Positions 50,513 to 64,000 of a DNA stretch of 64,000 nt are shown in pieces. The translations under genes and the position numbers were made by a program. How positions within the stretch are numbered: position 1 is the stretch's first letter; each line of letters starts with the position of its first letter. Under the pieces are notes generated by a model. The model was not told the DNA's origin. It saw only the letters and a program-made list of their open reading frames with translations, and did no database searches. This DNA comes from the human T2T-CHM13v2.0 reference genome, Homo sapiens: assembly GCF_009914755.1 (NCBI RefSeq), contig NC_060946.1; one strand, 5' to 3'.

Positions 50513-51699
50513 GGGGGGGGGATGGCGGGAGTTAATAGCTGGGGAGCCTGGGAGTGTCTAGCTGGGGTGTTCTGCCTGGAATACCCACAGGACACCCCAA
50601 GTGTGGAGGGCGGCACCACCCCCAGGCTGGGAGAGGCTGTGGGCCTCACACTGTGGGCTCGGGTAGTCAGGAGGGAGCTTGAGAAACAAGCTCTGGGGTT
50701 CGGTCCCAGGGGAGGGAAGGCGGCAGGGGCCTGCTGTGACCGTGAAGTCCTCCCTCCCTCCCACCACCCCGCACTGCCCACCTCCCTGCCTCCTGGGCCA
50801 GCACCTCGACCCTGCCCCCGCCTGGCCTAGAGCCCTCCATGGGCTGGAACTTATGCACTCACTGCTGGGCAGAGTAGATGGGGCTGAGCCCGCCCCCTGC
50901 AGCAGCGTGCCTGTGGCCACAATGCCCTGGAGAGAGTGGCTAGTGCCAGCCTCCATGCCACGGCATGGTCAGCAGCAGGCAGGCACATTTGGGGGTGGCT
51001 CAGGACGGGCCACTGTCATCCCCTATCCCAGGCTGGCTGAGCTGTAAGACAGATACTCCAGCTGGGCCTCGCCCCTCAGCCTGGCCTCCAGCCCTCCTTA
51101 TACCAGGGGACGATGGGGGCTGCTGTACTGTGGCAGGGGTGTCCCAGACGATGTCCATGGGCACGGCCAGCAGGATCATTGGGAAAGGACAAATGTCCCT
51201 CCCCCATGGGCCCACTCACACCCAAACCTCTCTCCAGGCCTCTCTGGGACAGGCCCCCACCACGACACACCCGTTGCCTGAAGGCGCCATCCCAGCGTGC
51301 CGTGACGCAGGCAGGGGCTGCAGGTGGCCAGTAGTCGGTGATCTCGTGTAGGGACGGCCCACGGGGTGTGGCTGGTGCTGGTTCCAAGGCCCAGGGAAGG
51401 ACAGTGGGGCCGGCCTCTGCCCTCTGCCCCAGGCCCCCGGCCACCCTCTCCAGCCTGAGGTCAGAGGGCTCCAGCCCTGTCTCTGAGGGCTGGGGGATTG
51501 GCCCTGCTCAGTATCCATGAAGAGCCAGGCCACGGGCTCCTGGGCGGGCCCCGGCCACCGAGATCACCCACCGCAGCTGGGCGAGGCCTGGGGTGGGGGT
51601 GGGGTCTTTCCAAGTCTGGGTCTCCAGGGCAGCACGGCCACACAGCCCAGTGACCATCGGTCGCCCAGAAGCCCAACGGTGAAGGGATCTGAGGGTCCA

Positions 51700-52650
51700 A
51701 CCCCGGGGGCTCCCTCCGCGCCCGCGCTGGGCACCAGATGGGAGGAAACGGGGTGCGGAGACCCTGGGCGGCGCCGAGACTCGTCGGACGAACGCGGGAA
51801 GGAACGAACCAGCGTCCGCCCGGGACCCGGGCTGGAGCCTTCCCCAGAGCGGCTCGGAGGGTCCGGAGCGGGTGCGGGGGTGCTGGGCACGAGGTTCCCA
51901 AGAAAACCACGGCGAGGACGCGGGTTCACCACAACAGCGCTGTGTTCTCGGCCTCAGCTCCGCGCAGGTTTCCACGGAGACGCGCGTGGCTCCGGGTCGT
52001 CGTCCTGGTCCCCGCGCCGGTCCCGACTCACGGGGTCCGCGGGCTGCAGCTCCGCCCGCCGAGCCGCACGAAGGACGCGCCCTGCAGGACCGCGGCGCAG
52101 AACGAGCGGCAGCGCTTGCAGGGCCCGGCGGGTGGCAGCAGCCCGCGGCACACGAGGCAGGGCGGCGCTCGGGGGTCCCTCGGCAGCCCTGGGGAGGGAG
52201 GGGCGCTGAGACCGCGTGCGCCGGCCCCACATTCCCCGGCCGCGCCTCCCTCCACCCCGACAGCACTCGCCCGCCCCGGCGCGCCCCGGGACTCCCCACC
52301 CCCTACAGCGCCTTCCTCCACCTGCAGTCGCGTCCCCGGGCCCCGCCCACCCCGCCCCCCGCCACCGCTCCTCCAGCCCACTGACCTTCCCACACCCCCC
52401 GGGAACCCTGGACTGCGTCCACAGACCCTGAGCCCACAGATCCCTGAAACCTCGCCCCTGTCCTCTCCTACCCCAGCCCACCCCCGACCGCGCCCCAGGC
52501 CCCCTGACTGTGCCTAGCGCCCCTTGACCTCGACCCCAGGTCCCCGGACCGCACCCACCCGTCCCTCAATCCACACCCACCAACAGGCGACGCCCGCGCC
52601 CCTCAAGGCCACGCCCCCAGGCAGGCCCCCCAGGGTCACCCTTATCACCT
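51700..52650. promoter_or_regulatory. CpG island over the distal TTLL8 terminal exon
   Basis: Dense CpG. Confidence 0.7.
52028..52188 (-). CDS. TTLL8: TTLL8 distal terminal coding exon (long isoform): GLPRDPRAPPCLVCRGLLPPAGPCKRCRSFCAAVLQGASFVRLGGRSCSPRTP*
   Basis: ctccccag|GG phase 1, TGA 52028-52030; matches the recalled C-terminus of human TTLL8 (tubulin glycylase). Confidence 0.65.
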
Positions 52651-53326
52651 GCAAGACCAGCCCCAGGTGGCTCCCAACTCGCTCCTGCATGGAGCCCACC
52701 TGCTTCCCCCAGCTTTCGGAAAACCAAGACCTCCACTCAAACGCAGGGGGGCGGGGGTAGGGTGTCGTCCCTCTGGGATGAAGGCTCTGCGGATGGGAGG
52801 TCCCCTTCCCCACCCCCCTCACCCTCCCTAACGCCCCTCCACCTGGCCCCCCACCCCAGAGGGGCAGTCCAGCTCTGCCTCTAGCTTGTCAGCCTCTCTC
52901 AGCCCTCCTCCAGGTGAGTCCTGCCTAGAAGGACCCAACCGGCCAGGAGATTTGGAGAAGAGCAGCCCCCACCCGAACTCGTCCTGCCCTGCTGTGCCTG
53001 GGCTCAGGTTCAGATGCCTGGTGCTGAGGACCCATCCCCACTGGGCCAGGACCAAGTGGGTGGTGGGTTCAGGACGGTGCCTGCAGGCGAGGGCCAGCAG
53101 CATGCTGGGCCAGCCACAGAGTCCCAGGATGGGTCAGCAGCTGGAGGGGTCAGGAGGGAGGTGGGAGTGTTAAGACTGGGGGTGCTCCAGGAGCCACCGA
53201 GTCCCCACAAGAGGCTGCACCCAGTGCAGGCCATCTGGACACACTGGCACCTTCGAAGTGGGCCTGGGCTGGGGCTCCTGGTGGAGCTAGAAGACCTGCT
53301 GCCCACAACCTGTGGTCAGACCTCAC

Positions 53327-53467
53327 CAGGGCCCATGGGCAGTTCTGATGCCAGGAGCTGCCGGAGGAAGCACACCCCAGGCCCACCATCCCACGTGGTG
53401 CCCGTGGTCTGGCAGGCGGCCACGTGGTGCCCGTGGTGTGGCAGGCGGCTGCAGACCGTGCCCTCTC
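53327..53467 (-). CDS. TTLL8: TTLL8 penultimate exon (long isoform): GEGTVCSRLPHHGHHVAACQTTGTTWDGGPGVCFLRQLLASELPMGP
   Basis: atgcag|GA ... CCT G|gtgagg, 141 nt, phase 1-1; matches recalled TTLL8 sequence. Confidence 0.6.
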
Positions 53468-54984
53468 CTGCATGGACTCAAAGGTGGCAGCCGTGATGGG
53501 TGAGAGCAGGTAGCTGCCGTCCACCGCAGGGCTGGCCACTCAGCAAGGCCACCCCCTGCATGGGAGCTGCTGCGTTTTGAGAACTTTCACGCAGTTCCTC
53601 GGAGCGTCACAGGATAGGCAAGGCTGGCAGGTGTGACCACCATGTGTCCCTTTCATCCGAGAGGCTGGGGCCTTGGCCTGGCTCTCACTGGCCTCCAACC
53701 GCTGTCCTTGCCCTGGGGCTGTCCCGGGTCCCTGGCCAGCCCTTCTCAGTGGGGTGAGCCTGTGCCAAGCCCCGTCCCCCATGTACTGGGGCTGGTGAGT
53801 CAAACTTCAGGTTGCCCAGGCCAGGAAGGACTAGGGGAAGGCCAGCCTGCACACTTGCTGCAGCTATAGCTGGTGGGGGAGGGACAGAAGGAGCCCCAGG
53901 GTGGGGTAGGGATGTGGGGTGAAGAGGGGACTCCCTGGTTTTCCTAGCCGCCAGGGCTGTAGGTTCCCAAGCAGCCACAGCCCAGCCCAGAAGTGCAGGC
54001 ACCACCCTGCTGGGGCACCCACCGCCCACGGCAAACTCCGAGCCCCAGGCTGAGTCACTCTTCCTGGGGGGCTGGGTGGGGAGAGCCCCCAGTGCCTATG
54101 CAAAGCAGTCCTTGGCTTCCGGGAACCTCGGAAGGGCTGGGCCAGCTTGGCCCATAGGACAGGCCAGGGCCCACGTGGCACAAGCAGGGCATGAGCAGCA
54201 GGAAGAACGAGGTGGGAACAGCTCCCACTCCCCAGGGCTCTCATCCCAGCGGAGAGACGCACGGAGGCCGGGCACAGGACTGGGAGGTCAAATCTGCCAG
54301 GGTGGCCCAGCGCAGCAGGCCAGGTAGCACTGCGGGGCAGGGCCTTGTCCCCCAGGCACCCAGGGCCTGATGGGACCCACCGGGGTGCCCAGAAAGTGTG
54401 TGTCCAGTAAGTCGGGGCAGAGGCTGGGCCCACCCTAAGTGAAGGAGGAGGGGACGTGGTGTCTGCGGCTCTCCGTGTGTCTGTGCGTGATTAATGGAGC
54501 ATGCATGAGCTAACCGAGCAGCTGGTGTGGGGCCTGGACCCTGCTGAGGGAGGGGAGGCCCAAGGCCTGGGCCCCAACCCTGTATGGAGGCCAGGGCTGG
54601 GGTGAGACTCATTGTGGGGTGTCAGCAGGCTCCGGGGAGCCACTAAAGCCCATGGGGTGCACTCAGTACCTGGGAGTCTGGGACCCAGACCAGCCCTTCC
54701 AGGGAAAACCACCAAATAAGGGCATAAGATAGGAAAAGCATCACAAAAACAAGCAAAAGCAGCAGGCAAGACGGTAAAGGAGGACCAGGTCCAGGCCAGG
54801 GAAGGTGAGTGAGCCCAAGGAGAGGGCGCTCTGAAAGGTGCCCGGCCCCGAAGCTCCTCCCTCTGAGACTTTGCCACCAGGGCCACCTGGAGCTCTGGGT
54901 CCCAAGGCCCTGGAGTGTGGGGACAGAAGACACCCCATGCCCCCAACAATATGCAGCCCCAAACAGCTGGGTGCAAGGGTGAAT

Positions 54985-55165
54985 CAAAAACAGCAGGGTA
55001 TGGTGCACACCTGTGGTCCCAGCTACTCAGGAGGCTGAAGTAGGAGGATCGCTTGAGCCTGAGAGTTGGAGGCTGCAGTTGGAGGCTGTGACTGCACCAC
55101 TGCACTCCAGCCTGGGTGACAGAGTGAGATCCTGTCTCAGAAAAAAAAAAAAAGAAAGAAAAAAG
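54985..55165 (+). mobile_element. Alu right monomer (FRAM-like)
   Basis: Alu right-arm consensus plus A tail. Confidence 0.85.
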
Positions 55166-55688
55166 ATCAAATAATTTTATTAAAAAGTAGAACTTCTAAA
55201 AATGAAAACTTTAAGAAATTAAAACTTCAATGGGTTGATAGCATTCTGAAATGAGCTGGAAGACAGGCGAGGAGATATTTTTAGAATGCAGCACAGGCAG
55301 CTAAATAAATCAAACAAAGAAGTGGGAGACTAAAAGATACCGGGAGAGAGAGAAGGCTTAGCAAACATTTAGTTTGTATTCCAAAGGGAAAGAGACAGAA
55401 CGGGGTGGAGGCAATATTTAAAGACATAATGGCTGAGAGAGTCCCATAATTGAATAATGACACCAGCGCACACATCAAAGACATTCAAATTCCAGGTTGA
55501 ATAAGTAAAAATCAAACTGAACACTCAAAAGCTGGCAGATAGAACTGACAGCTCCCCTTGGAGAGTGATGGCTGACTCTGCTGATTTTCCCAGAGCCACA
55601 GCAAAGACAAGATGGTGGAAAGACGTATTCAATGTTCGGCGGGAGAGTGGCTGCAACCTGTACTCCTGCTGCAGAGAATCTGACGCTG

Positions 55689-55696
55689 TCATGAAC
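55689..55696 (-). CDS. TTLL8: TTLL8 alternative proximal terminal exon, coding part (G)S*
   Basis: tcttttccacacag|GT TCA TGA, phase 1; fits the recalled short isoform ending ...PPPGGKGS. Confidence 0.55.
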
Positions 55697-56249
55697 CTGT
55701 GTGGAAAAGATATTGACAGACCAAAAGCTCATCCGAACGTCCCATCACTGGCACCTTCCTAAGGGACACTGTCTTGAGCAGAAAGAAAGTGGTTCAGAAT
55801 GAACATGGTTGGAAGTCTGAGACTCAGGAAGAGTGAAGGGCAAAGAGGAATGTATGTAGTAAATCTAAAAACCACTGGCTGTGCAAGCGATGATGATAAT
55901 CATGCCCAGTAGACTGTTAAAAACATTATTAAACAGGCTGACAGCAATAGCAGGAAGTCAGAAGGGAGCACGGGACTTCACATTTTCCAGGCTTCAAAGT
56001 CGATATATTGCCAGGTGGGTATAAGTGTGACTTCCTTCACTTTAGATTTTGATAAGTTTAACGTGCAATGAGTAATTTGTAGGCAGTGAGTAAAACACCA
56101 GAAACAGAGTCTGTAACCTCCAAACCAGAAGAAGGAAAAACCAAAATGAGAGAAGAAGCGTCAATGAAAACTAAGGCAAGAACAGAGAGAAAAAGGAACA
56201 TAGAATAGATGAGATCAACAAAAGTTAAATGAAATCAAATGGTAGGTAC

Positions 56250-56730
56250 TGTGGTCATCAGGCTCCAAGGCAGCCCCCAGTGATCCTCACCCCCAGGCAA
56301 TCACGCATGTGTGCTCCCCTCCTGTCTGGATCAGGATTGAGGTGCATGGCCAGTAGAATATAGGGGCAGCAGGGGTATGTGATGTCTTGGGTGAGGTCAT
56401 AAAGACCTCATGAATCTAGTGGTCTCTCTTGAATCACTCACTGGAGGAAGCCAGCTGCCATGTTGTGAGGACACTCAGCCCTGTGGAAGGTCCACGTGGG
56501 AGGGACTGATGGGGGGTGCACCATCAGGGAGGTGGGTCCCCAGCTCCAGGCAAACCTTCAGATGAGGCTGCCTCAGTTCACACCGGGACTGAGCTTCAGA
56601 AGCATCCCTGAAGCAGCACCATGCCGAGGAGCCCTTCTCGGACTCCTGAGCCACAGAAAATGTGGAGGATAAATGTTTGCTTTGCCACAGCTCTGCTTTG
56701 CAGTGATTTCTTATGCAGAATCAATCACCA
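56250..56730 (+). mobile_element. MaLR solo LTR (MLT1-like)
   Basis: ggaagccagctgccatgttgtgagg...ccttcagatgag...ccacagaaaatgtg..ataaatgtttg. Confidence 0.75.
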
Positions 56731-57111
56731 CAGAATCCATGTACATGATTACATTAAACGTAAATGTTACATGCACTGGTTAAAAGACACTGGCAGTCCG
56801 GAATTTTATGCAGAGAAATATGTAAAACATAAGCTTATATAATGATGAAAGAAAAAACATACCAGGAAAATCCTCACCAAAATAAAATTAGTAACAATCT
56901 GAAAACTCTAAAGCAAGAACTGACAGAATTACATGCATCTTATCATACTTTTCTTAGTAACTGATAAGCAAACTAAGAAAATGAAATATGTCAACAACAC
57001 AATAAACAAATCTGGCCCAACTCATGATACTGAACAATTTCAGAATTACATATTATTTGCACCAAGAAATATTTACAAAAATTGATGACCAAAAGCAACT
57101 GACAATCATCT

Positions 57112-59565
57112 AATGACTCACAATCCTCCATCTGACATGTACTCCTCCATCTGACATGCACTCCTCCATCTGACGTGCACTCCTCCATCTGATGTGCACT
57201 CCTCCATCTGACGTGCACTCCTCCATCTGACGTGCACACCTCCATCTAACGTGCCCTCCTCCATCTGATGACGTGCACTCCTCCATCTGACGTGCATTCC
57301 TCCATCTGACAATGTGTACTCCTCCATCTGACGTGCACTACTCCATCTGACGAAATGCACTCCTCCATCAGATGATGTGTACTCCTCCATCTGACATGCA
57401 CTCCTCCATCTGACAACATGCACTCCTCCATCTGATGATGTGTACTCCTCCATCTGACATGCACTCCTCCATCTGACAACGTGCACTCCTCCATTTGACG
57501 TGAACTCCTCCATCTAACGACGTGTACCCCTCCATCTGACAACGTGCACTCCTCCATCTGACAACATGCACTCCTCCATCTGACAACGTGCACTCCTCCA
57601 TCTGACATGTACTCCTCCATCTGACGATGTGCACTCCATCTGATGTGCATTCCTCCATCTGATGATGTGTACTCCTTCATCTGACGTGCACTCCGCCATC
57701 TGACAACATGCACTCCTCCATCTGACGTGCACTCCTCCATCTGACAACGTGCACTCCTACATCTGACGACGTGCACTCCTCCATCTGACGTGCACTCCTC
57801 CATCTGACGTGCACTCCTCCATCTGAATGTGTACTCCTCCATCTGATGATGTGTACTCCTCCATCTGACATGCACTCCTCCATCTGACGTGCATTCCTCC
57901 ATCTGACGTGCACTCCTCCATCTGACAACGTGCATTCCTCCATCTGATGTGCACTCCTCCATCTGACCTGCACTCCTCCATCTGATGATGTGCACTCCTC
58001 CATCTGATGTGCACTCTTCCATCTGACATTCACTCCTCCATCTGATGATGTGTACTCCTCCATCTGATGTGCACTCCTCCATCTGACGTGCACTCCTCCA
58101 TCTGATGTGTACTCCTCCATCTGACGTGCACTCCTCCATCTGACGACATGTACTCCTCCATCTGACAATGTGCACTCCTCCATCTGATGTGCACTCCTCC
58201 ATCTGACGATGTGTACTCCTCCATCTGATGTGCACTCCTCCATCTGATATGCACTCCTCCATCTGACATGCACTCCTCCATCTGATGACGTGCACTCCTC
58301 CATCTGATGTGCACTCCTCCATCTGATGATGTGTACTCCTCCATCTGACGTGCACTCCTCCATGTGACGACGTGCACTCCTCCATCTGACATGCACTCCT
58401 CCATCTGATGACGTGCACTCCTCCATCTGACGTGCACTCCTCCATCTGATGTGCACTCCTCCATCTGATGATGTGTACTCCTCCATCTGATGTGCACTCC
58501 TCCATCTGACGACGTGCACTCCTCCATCTGACATGCACTCCTCCATCTGATGATGTGCACTCCTCCATCTGACGACGTGCACTCCTCCATCTGACATGCA
58601 CTCCTCCATCTGATGATGTGCACTCCTCCATCTGACGTGCACTCCTCCATCTGATGTGCACTCCTCCATCTGACGTGCACTCCTCCATCTGACGACGTGC
58701 ACTCCTCCATCTGACATGCACTCCTCCATCTGACGACGTGCACTCCTCCATCTGATATGCACTCCTCCATCTGATGACATGCACTTCTCCATCTGACGTG
58801 CACTCCTCCATCTGATGATGTGTACTCCTCCACCTGACATGCAGTCCTCCATCTGACGTGCACTCCTCCATCTGACGACGTGCACTCCTCCATCTGACGT
58901 GCACTCCTCCATCTGATGATGTGCGCTCCTTCATCTGACATGCACTCCTCCATCTGATGATGTGTACTCCTCCATCTGACGACATGCACTCCTCCATCTG
59001 ACGTGCACTCCTCCATCTGACGATGTGCACTCCTCCATCTGACATGCACTCCTCCATCTGATGACGTGCACTCCTCCATCTGATGATGTGCACTCCTCCA
59101 TCTGACGACGTGCACTCCTACATCTGACATGCACTCCTCCTTCTGACAATGTGTACTCCTCCGTCTGATGTGCACTCCTCCATCTGACAATGTGCACTCC
59201 TCCATCTGATGCACACTCCTCCGACGACGTGCACTCCTCCATCTGACAATGTGTACTCCTCCATCTGATGATGTGTACTACTCCATCTGACAATGTGTAC
59301 TCCTCCATCTGACATGCACTCCTCCATCTGACAATGTGTACTCCTCCATCTGATGATGTGTACTCCTCCATCTGACGTGTACTCCTCCATCTGACGTGCA
59401 CTCCTCCATCTGACAATGTGTACTCCTCCATCTGACATGCATTCCTCCATCTGACAATGTGCACTCCTCCATCTGATGTGCACGCCTCCATTTGACAATG
59501 TGTACTCCTCCATCTGATGCGCATTCCTCCATCTGACGACGTGCACTCCTCCATCTGACGATGTG
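57112..59565. repeat. ~2.45-kb minisatellite, mixed 19/22-bp units
   Basis: tgacgtgcactcctccatc and tgatgatgtgcactcctccatc variants. Confidence 0.97.
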
Positions 59566-59757
59566 TTTTGATGAAAACCCAGCATCCCCTGTCACAGTTA
59601 AGAAACTCCTGCCCACTCTTAACTCTGCAGGTCCATGTAGGTGTGGAGCAGCAAGAATAAGACACAAAAGGCATAAAGATCATAAGGGAAGAAGTGAAAC
59701 GGAATTGATTTGCAGGTGATGTGACTTTGTCGAAAACCCAAAGGCATCTACAAGTTG

Positions 59758-60016
59758 CCAGAATCAAGAGGTGAATTTACCAACAAGTTGGGACACAGTG
59801 TCCATGTACAAAATCAGGGCATGTCCCACATTTTAGCAACAAACCAGAACCAAGAGGTGAATTTACCAACACGTCAGGACAGAGTGTCCATGTACAAAAT
59901 CAGGGCATGTCCCACATTTTAGCAACAAACCAGAACCAAGAGGTGAATTTACCAACACGTCAGGACACAGTGTCCATGTACAAAACCAGGGCATTTCGCA
60001 CATTTTAGCAACAAAC
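59758..60016. repeat. 86-bp tandem triplication within L1
   Basis: ccagaa(t/c)caagaggtgaatttaccaac...ttttagcaacaaa starts at 59758, 59844, 59930. Confidence 0.9.
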
Positions 60017-60307
60017 AATTGGAAAATAAAATTTCAAATACTATTGATAAAATTATCAAAATTTATTTGTAAAATATACTTATAAAAGTATCAAAAATCC
60101 ATCAAATACCTAGGAATAAATGTAATGAAAACTATGCAATAATATTGCTTGGAGAAACTGAAAAAAACCTAAATAAACGTTGAGATACATCATGTGCAGG
60201 GATCAGAAGCCTCAATATTGTAGGATATCAATTCTCCCCAAAATGATCTATAGATTTGACACAATCTCAATAAACATCCCAGCAGGTCTTTTTAAAACTT
60301 AACATGA

Positions 60308-61320
<1,013 letters not shown>

Positions 61321-62289
61321 CTGTCGTATTTGAAAACTTCGAAGACAGTGTGGTATTGACATAAGGATAGGTAAATAGATTGTTGAAACAGCATAAATAA
61401 TCCAGAATTCCTTCAAGAGAGTATATTTTTGACAAAGATGCCCAAGTAATTCAGTGGGAGGAAGGATGGTCTTTTTGATGATGGTGCTGGAACAACTGGA
61501 CAGTCACAGGAAAATCTAAATTTAACGTTTTATTTAGGAAGCAAGAATTGCAATTCAGGGCATATACACAGACGGGGTGATCTCACTACGTCCGAAGAAC
61601 AAAGACAAGGTTGGGAGTTTTCTTAGAAACATAAATGATCTGTGTTGTTTCACAAGCAAGCTCACCAGCAAGACCAGTAAGCACCAGGAGACCTGTGGGG
61701 CTCTGACGGGTGAATGATGGTGTGGGTGAAAGCACGTTCAGAGTCCCAGCAGGTTGTTTCAGCAGCTCGCAGATAAAACTGTCTTCAGATTACAGGGGCT
61801 GCTTTAGGTGCTGGGCTCACAAAATGTTTAATTTTTGGAGCAGGTGCCAGGTTATGTTCTGAGTGTTTTTTTCCCCTGGCCCCTTGATTCTGATTTAGTT
61901 GTGTAGCACAAGAGTGAGCCCATTTGTATCATTGGCTTTTACAACACCATACACAAGAATTCACTCAAGACGCATCATTGACCAAAATGTGAAAGTCAAA
62001 ACCATAAAGCTTGTCGAAGGAATCACAGAAGAGCATTTAATGCCTGAGAAGCTGGACACCCTGTTTACACTGAGCGATTATTACATACCGCATGCCTGCA
62101 TCATCATATTTCACGTAACCCACAAATATATACACCTACTGTGTACCCACAGAAATTAAAAAAAAAACAAATTAGCAAAAACTCCAAAAAAAAAAAAAAA
62201 AGGCATCACTAAGAAAGCAAAAAGGCAAAAACCACAGACTGGGAGGAAACAGTCCCACTGTGCATATCTGACAAATAAATACACAGAAG

Positions 62290-62565
62290 AGGCCGGGCGC
62301 GGGGGCTCAGGCCTGTCATCCCAGCACCTGAGGTCGGGAGTTCGAGACCAGCCTGCCCAACATGGTGAAACCCCGTCTCTACTAAAAATACAAAATTAGC
62401 TGGGCATGGTGGTGCGTGCCTGTAATCCCAGCTACTCGGGAGGCTGAGGCAGGAGAATCGCTTAGAACCCCAGAGGCTTAGGTTGCCGTGAGCCGAGATC
62501 GTGCGGTTGCACTCCAGCCTGGGCAACAGAGTGAGACCTTGTCTCAAAAATAAATAAATTAAATA
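62290..62565 (+). mobile_element. Alu with internal deletion
   Basis: Alu consensus. Confidence 0.9.
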
Positions 62566-63124
62566 AATATACAGAATCTATAAAAACCACTACAAGTAAC
62601 TAACCAAAGGCAAGCAACCTAATTTTACAATAGGAAAAAGACTTAGTAAGGCATTTTGCAAAGCAAAATATCTGAAAGGCTAATGAACAAAGTGCTCAGC
62701 ATGGCTAGTCACCTGAGAAACACGAATTAAAACCACGATGAGATATCCGTACACCTACCAGACTGGCTAAAAACACAGCCTGACAATACCCAGTGTTGAC
62801 CAGGATGTGGGGCAACCAGGACTCTCACGTGGCAGGTGGGAGTGCAAAACGCCACAACCATATTGGAAATGGGGAGTTTCTTCTAAAGCAAAACCCAAGC
62901 ATCCTTCATGACGTACTGGTGCCACTCTTGGACACACAGCCAAGACAGACAAAGGCACATGTCCCCGTAAAGACCAGAACAGGATGATCAGAGCAACTTC
63001 ATTTATCACAGTCCTACAGTGGAAGCAAGGCAGCTGTCCGTCAGCAGGGGACCAGGCGGGCTCTGGCACATGTGTGCAATGCAGTACTGTTATCACCGAC
63101 AAAGGGTGCACACTCGTCACACTG

Positions 63125-63345
63125 TACAGCCGCTGCACCTCAGAGTGCAGGGTCAGACACGGAAATACACCCGCCACTCTGCACAGCCGCCACCCTGCAC
63201 AGCCGCCACCTCAGAGCGGAGGGTCAGACACGGAAATACGCCTGCCACTCTGCACAGCCACCACCTCAGAGTGGAGGGTCAGACACGGAAATACACCCGC
63301 CATTCTGCACCGCCGCCACCTCAGAGCGGAGGGTCAGACATGGAA
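63125..63345. repeat. ~60-bp tandem repeat (~4 copies)
   Basis: ccacctcagagcggagggtcagacacggaaatacacccgccactctgcacagccg repeated. Confidence 0.9.
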
Positions 63346-63716
63346 GCGCAGACCGTGCCGCTCCACCTGTAAGACGTGCAGGGGCCACCAAAGGTAATTG
63401 ATGATGATTTAAGTCCAATAGTGATGATCACCATTTGGAGAAGAGACTAGAAAAGGCAGGAGGCTCCGTGTGGCTGTGTGGGTATCACACATGTGACAAT
63501 CCATCAAGCTGTGTCTACTTACGGTCTGTCCTCACTGTAGGTAAGTCATACCTTCACAAGACCGTTTGGAAAGAGATACTATTTACTAGGCAAGAAAAAC
63601 CACCAAATGGCTAGAAAAACATCTAATGAATGACATGCCAGACTTGCCAGACCTTCTATCCTGAAAACCACTGAGGAAAGTCAAAGAACCCGGTTAAATG
63701 AACCAGATCTGGATCA

Positions 63717-64000
<284 letters not shown>

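Larger units (their letters stand above)
55190..57110 (+). mobile_element. Old L1M fragments (sense)
   Basis: A-rich degraded ORF1/ORF2-like sequence (gaggcaatatttaaagacataatggctgaga...). Confidence 0.6.

Noticed and set aside
57118-59767. 615-, 411- and 394-aa repetitive ORFs (MEECTSDGGVHVRWRS...)
   Set aside because: Same peptide cycles through all three frames because of the stop-poor 19/22-bp unit; intronic minisatellite

Overview
Human-type GC-rich genomic DNA, Alu/L1/SVA-containing, which I recognise as chr22q13.33 (PIM3 - IL17REL - TTLL8). 1-~735 is the AU-rich 3' end of a + strand gene (PIM3, by recalled synteny). ~0.8-31 kb is intergenic: an inverted duplication, CpG islands, a 3.1-kb TG-rich array and an Alu/L1/LTR/SVA_A-dense block. 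IL17REL lies on the - strand (~31.2-49.6 kb) and the 3' exons of TTLL8 follow on the - strand (52.0-55.7 kb, then intron). Main result: splicing 15 phase-compatible exons by hand gives a 1524-nt ORF (507 aa) encoding a signal-peptide-bearing, transmembrane-less IL-17RC/RE-like ectodomain, i.e. a candidate secreted IL-17 decoy receptor. The classical 336-aa IL17REL protein is reproduced exactly as an N-truncated, exon-skipped, frameshifted sub-isoform. Recent annotation may already hold the long form; I cannot check this. Repeat boundaries are approximate and repeat subfamilies are called from memory.
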